From: Candidatus Dormiibacterota bacterium
GTDB taxonomy: Bacteria; Chloroflexota; Dormibacteria; Aeolococcales; Aeolococcaceae
Assembly: GCA_963709585.1 (NCBI GenBank)
Contig: CAVPXI010000014.1
Location: forward strand, 352,001-416,000
Reading direction: 5' to 3'
Length of the DNA stretch: 64,000 bases
In this document: in pieces, positions 61,559 to 64,000 of the stretch
Layout of the letters: every line of letters begins with the position of its first letter
How positions within the stretch are numbered: position 1 is the stretch's first letter
Notes under the pieces: generated by a model
The model's input: only the letters and a program-made list of their open reading frames with translations
What the model was told of the DNA's origin: nothing
Database searches by the model: none
Position numbers and translations under genes: made by a program

Positions 61559-63228
61559 CAGAAGTTGGAGATGGCGTCGTTGAGGAAATGGCTCGCCGCC
61601 CCAGGTTCATAGAACGTCCCGTCGGCGACGAGCGCAATCGTTCTCAATAGGTCGCTGGTCGGGCCGACTGTGAACACCCGCACAAGCGGCGCCTCTGTCG
61701 CCAGGAATCCCGTGTCCGCCGCTTGTCTCCCAGGGGAGAGTTCGAGCACAACCACAGCATTGATCGCAGTCGGGTCGTAATTCGCGATCATCTGTGTCAC
61801 CGCATCATCGAGCGCGCTTGCAAGGTCAGAAGAACCCTTCACCGGTTTGACGCCGGCGAGCGTGGCACCCAGCGATCCCGCGTTCCCGGTAACGTCGCGC
61901 AGCACGGTGTGCGATGCCGGCTGACCTCCGGACGAGGGGAATGTCCAGACGCCAACCTTGTCCTGGAGTTCGAAACCCGAGGCGGCGCCGGCCAGGTTTC
62001 TGGTCGCATCGGTGAGTGTGCCGGGGGCGACTGCGGCATCGATCAGGATCAGTACGCGCGCCGCCTTTCGCACCCGTTCCCAGCCTTCGATCATGGTCCG
62101 CAGAACATCGCCGTCAGGCGGCTGCAAGGTCACCAGCGCAGGGAGCTGAGCGTATGGGTAAACCAACCTGTTCAGCGCTGCGGTGGGAGCGTAATCGACT
62201 CTGAAATGACGCGCCTCAATCGTGTTCGTCTGTTGCCCGATAAAATTCTCGAAATCGCGCGCTGCCGCCTTCTGTCCTTCGGTCGACCAGCCCAGGACGA
62301 CATAGGGATGGTCGGCGACGGGAGTGCCCCCGGACGGATAGATGGCGACCAGCTTGACGCGCGGCGGGGAGTGCTGGATTCCGGCCACGAGACCGGCGTT
62401 GTAATCGGCGAGCTCCTGCTCCTCGACTGCGATGGCTGAGATATAGCGGAGCGGGGCATCCCCTCCTTGATCGTCCTTGTAGCGCAAGTTCTGAAGGAAG
62501 TCGGTGGCGGTCTGTCCGTAGTGGACGACGCTCGCCTCGATCTCGCGGACGAAGGCCTCGACGGGGGCCGATGTGACCGTGGGGACTGTCAGGGCGCCGC
62601 CTCCCGGAGCAGCGTAGTACGCCCCGATCAGGGCATGAAGGCCGGACGTGGAGATCGTCGGGTTGGTCTTGCCCAGCTTGAACTTGCCCCACAGCGGACG
62701 ACCATAACGGGCCCAGCCCTGGGGGTCCTGCGCCAGCTTGAGAATGAGCGCCCAGCCGATCGGCGTTGTCGGGTAGCCGAGCAGGGTTGCCATCGGCGCT
62801 GGCATCCCGATGACGAGTGGTGACTGGAACAGGCTCTCCCTCTCCCAGCCGGCCGGAAGGAGTCGCGCAGCAACCGCGGGCGCCTGCGCAGTGAGCAGCT
62901 TGACCCAGGCCGAACTGGCGGGTGACCAGACCTCAGGTCGCGTCGACCCGGCCCAACCGTTCGCCAGGGTCAGCTCGGCGTCACCTGAGTCGACTTTCTC
63001 GACGCTCACGGTCACGCAGCGTCCGCCTACCTGCGGCCGCTCAGCGTCGTAGGAAACGGCGAAGCCCTGCAGCATGCTCGCCTTCTCCTGGGAGGAGGCG
63101 ATCAACACCTGCTCGCACGCCTCGGCCGTCCCGGTGAGCCTGGTCGCGGCGGCGAGTCCGCCGGTGATCAGGACGGCGAAGACCAGCGTGGCGGCGAGCT
63201 GCCGACGGGTCGACGCCCAAGCGTTCAC
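61558..63228 (-). CDS. Extracellular solute-binding protein (SBP_bac_11-like) with degenerate vWA domain
   Basis: Signal/TM, SSQEK, WSPASS.W, SPLVI.MP, KTNP..STSG, AIYP..GT..DHPY; C-terminal vWA-like fold without DxSxS. Confidence 0.82.
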   Translation of the reverse strand: MNAWASTRRQLAATLVFAVLITGGLAAATRLTGTAEACEQVLIASSQEKASMLQGFAVSYDAERPQVGGRCVTVSVEKVDSGDAELTLANGWAGSTRPEVWSPASSAWVKLLTAQAPAVAARLLPAGWERESLFQSPLVIGMPAPMATLLGYPTTPIGWALILKLAQDPQGWARYGRPLWGKFKLGKTNPTISTSGLHALIGAYYAAPGGGALTVPTVTSAPVEAFVREIEASVVHYGQTATDFLQNLRYKDDQGGDAPLRYISAIAVEEQELADYNAGLVAGIQHSPPRVKLVAIYPSGGTPVADHPYVVLGWSTEGQKAAARDFENFIGQQTNTIEARHFRVDYAPTAALNRLVYPYAQLPALVTLQPPDGDVLRTMIEGWERVRKAARVLILIDAAVAPGTLTDATRNLAGAASGFELQDKVGVWTFPSSGGQPASHTVLRDVTGNAGSLGATLAGVKPVKGSSDLASALDDAVTQMIANYDPTAINAVVVLELSPGRQAADTGFLATEAPLVRVFTVGPTSDLLRTIALVADGTFYEPGAASHFLNDAISNF

Positions 63229-63347
63229 CGGCTCGGAGTCTACAGCCCTGGCAAACACCCAAACCCAAATGAGCACCGGAAATGAGTACCCGAGTGAGCC
63301 TTTCCCCCGATGGCGACATCAACGCACGCGCCATAGAGTTCACGCTC

Positions 63348-64000
63348 ATGCAGCCACCCGCACCACCCCTTCCGCCGGCTCCGACGCCGCCCGCGTTCCC
63401 GGCAACGCTCCCCGCCAGGCGGAGCCGCCGCCGCTGGTGGCTCTTCGGTTGTGGAGGGTGCGGCGCGATCGCGCTGATCGTCGTTCTCGTGGTCGTGGTT
63501 GTGCTTATCAAGGGCTTCAGCAACAGCCCGTTGCGCCAATTCCCCACCGAGGCGGGCGCGTCAACCGTGTCCGACAACTTCCTTGTTGGCACGGGAGGGC
63601 AGAGCAGCGAGACACTCGTAATCGACGACCCTCATTCACTGACGGATGTGGAGACGTTCTACGAGAGTGCGCTGGGCACCAATGGATGGACGGTCCAGGC
63701 CACCGACCCTTCTCAGGCGGTGAGCGGCGACAGCTGGCAGTTCAGCCGGACCGGGTCATCAGCGCAATTCGGGGTCACCTTTGTGACCATGGGCGCGATC
63801 ACCGAGATCACCGTCCAGTATGCAACGGGCGCCCCGGCGTCATCTCCGACCCCGACGTCGCAACGTGTGGATTCATCCGTGACAGCGCTCATGCTGACCG
63901 CCTCTGAGGTTTCGGGCGCCGTCAGTGGCGCGCTGCCCCTCAGCCAGTTCACCGACGCGGAAATCGGCGGACAGGCCGGAACAGACATGCGCTCCTTCAT
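63348..64000 (+). CDS. Hypothetical membrane-anchored protein, 3' partial (not in the ORF track)
   Basis: Open frame MQPPAPP...RRRWWLFGCGGCGAIALIVVLVVVVVLIKG... running to the window end; TAGAGT-N8-ATG upstream. Confidence 0.7.
   Translation, partial: MQPPAPPLPPAPTPPAFPATLPARRSRRRWWLFGCGGCGAIALIVVLVVVVVLIKGFSNSPLRQFPTEAGASTVSDNFLVGTGGQSSETLVIDDPHSLTDVETFYESALGTNGWTVQATDPSQAVSGDSWQFSRTGSSAQFGVTFVTMGAITEITVQYATGAPASSPTPTSQRVDSSVTALMLTASEVSGAVSGALPLSQFTDAEIGGQAGTDMRSF

Overview
This is a high-GC bacterial core-genome segment. Its gene content suggests a monoderm of the Terrabacteria group, plausibly Ca. Dormibacterota/Chloroflexota-like or Actinomycetota-like; the taxonomy is inference only. 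It carries about 60 CDS: the glycolytic gap-pgk-tpiA-gpmI run, whiA, a RapZ C-terminal-only gene, uvrC, ligA, pcrA, alr, groES/EL, tsaEBD/rimI, thiL, glmS, cdaA/cdaR, argF, murA, an mreB-like gene, fbaB, thyX, chdC-like, iscA, a vapBC pair and several secreted or unknown proteins. About 16 apparent frameshifts, many in essential genes, look like long-read consensus errors. Eleven of them, plus four suspect substitutions, fall on GAGTC/GACTC sites, which points to an epigenetic cytosine modification motif. Other highlights: (1) an unassigned ~185-nt highly structured RNA-like element at 3962-4146; (2) a 365-aa intein in PcrA with a GIY-YIG-like rather than LAGLIDADG-like insert; (3) an AsnB amidotransferase fused to a CofE-like ligase and coupled to alr; (4) an AcpS-NnrD fusion; (5) a DtxR box overlapping the regulator's own stop codon and tandem CIRCE operators; (6) an adenylate cyclase/STAND ATPase in the slot usually held by yvcK; (7) an SBP-vWA protein paired with a membrane-anchored LuxR; (8) a probably ATPase-deficient MreB paralog; (9) widespread leaderless-type promoters and two probable CTG starts. 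No rRNA, tRNA, CRISPR array or transposase was seen.
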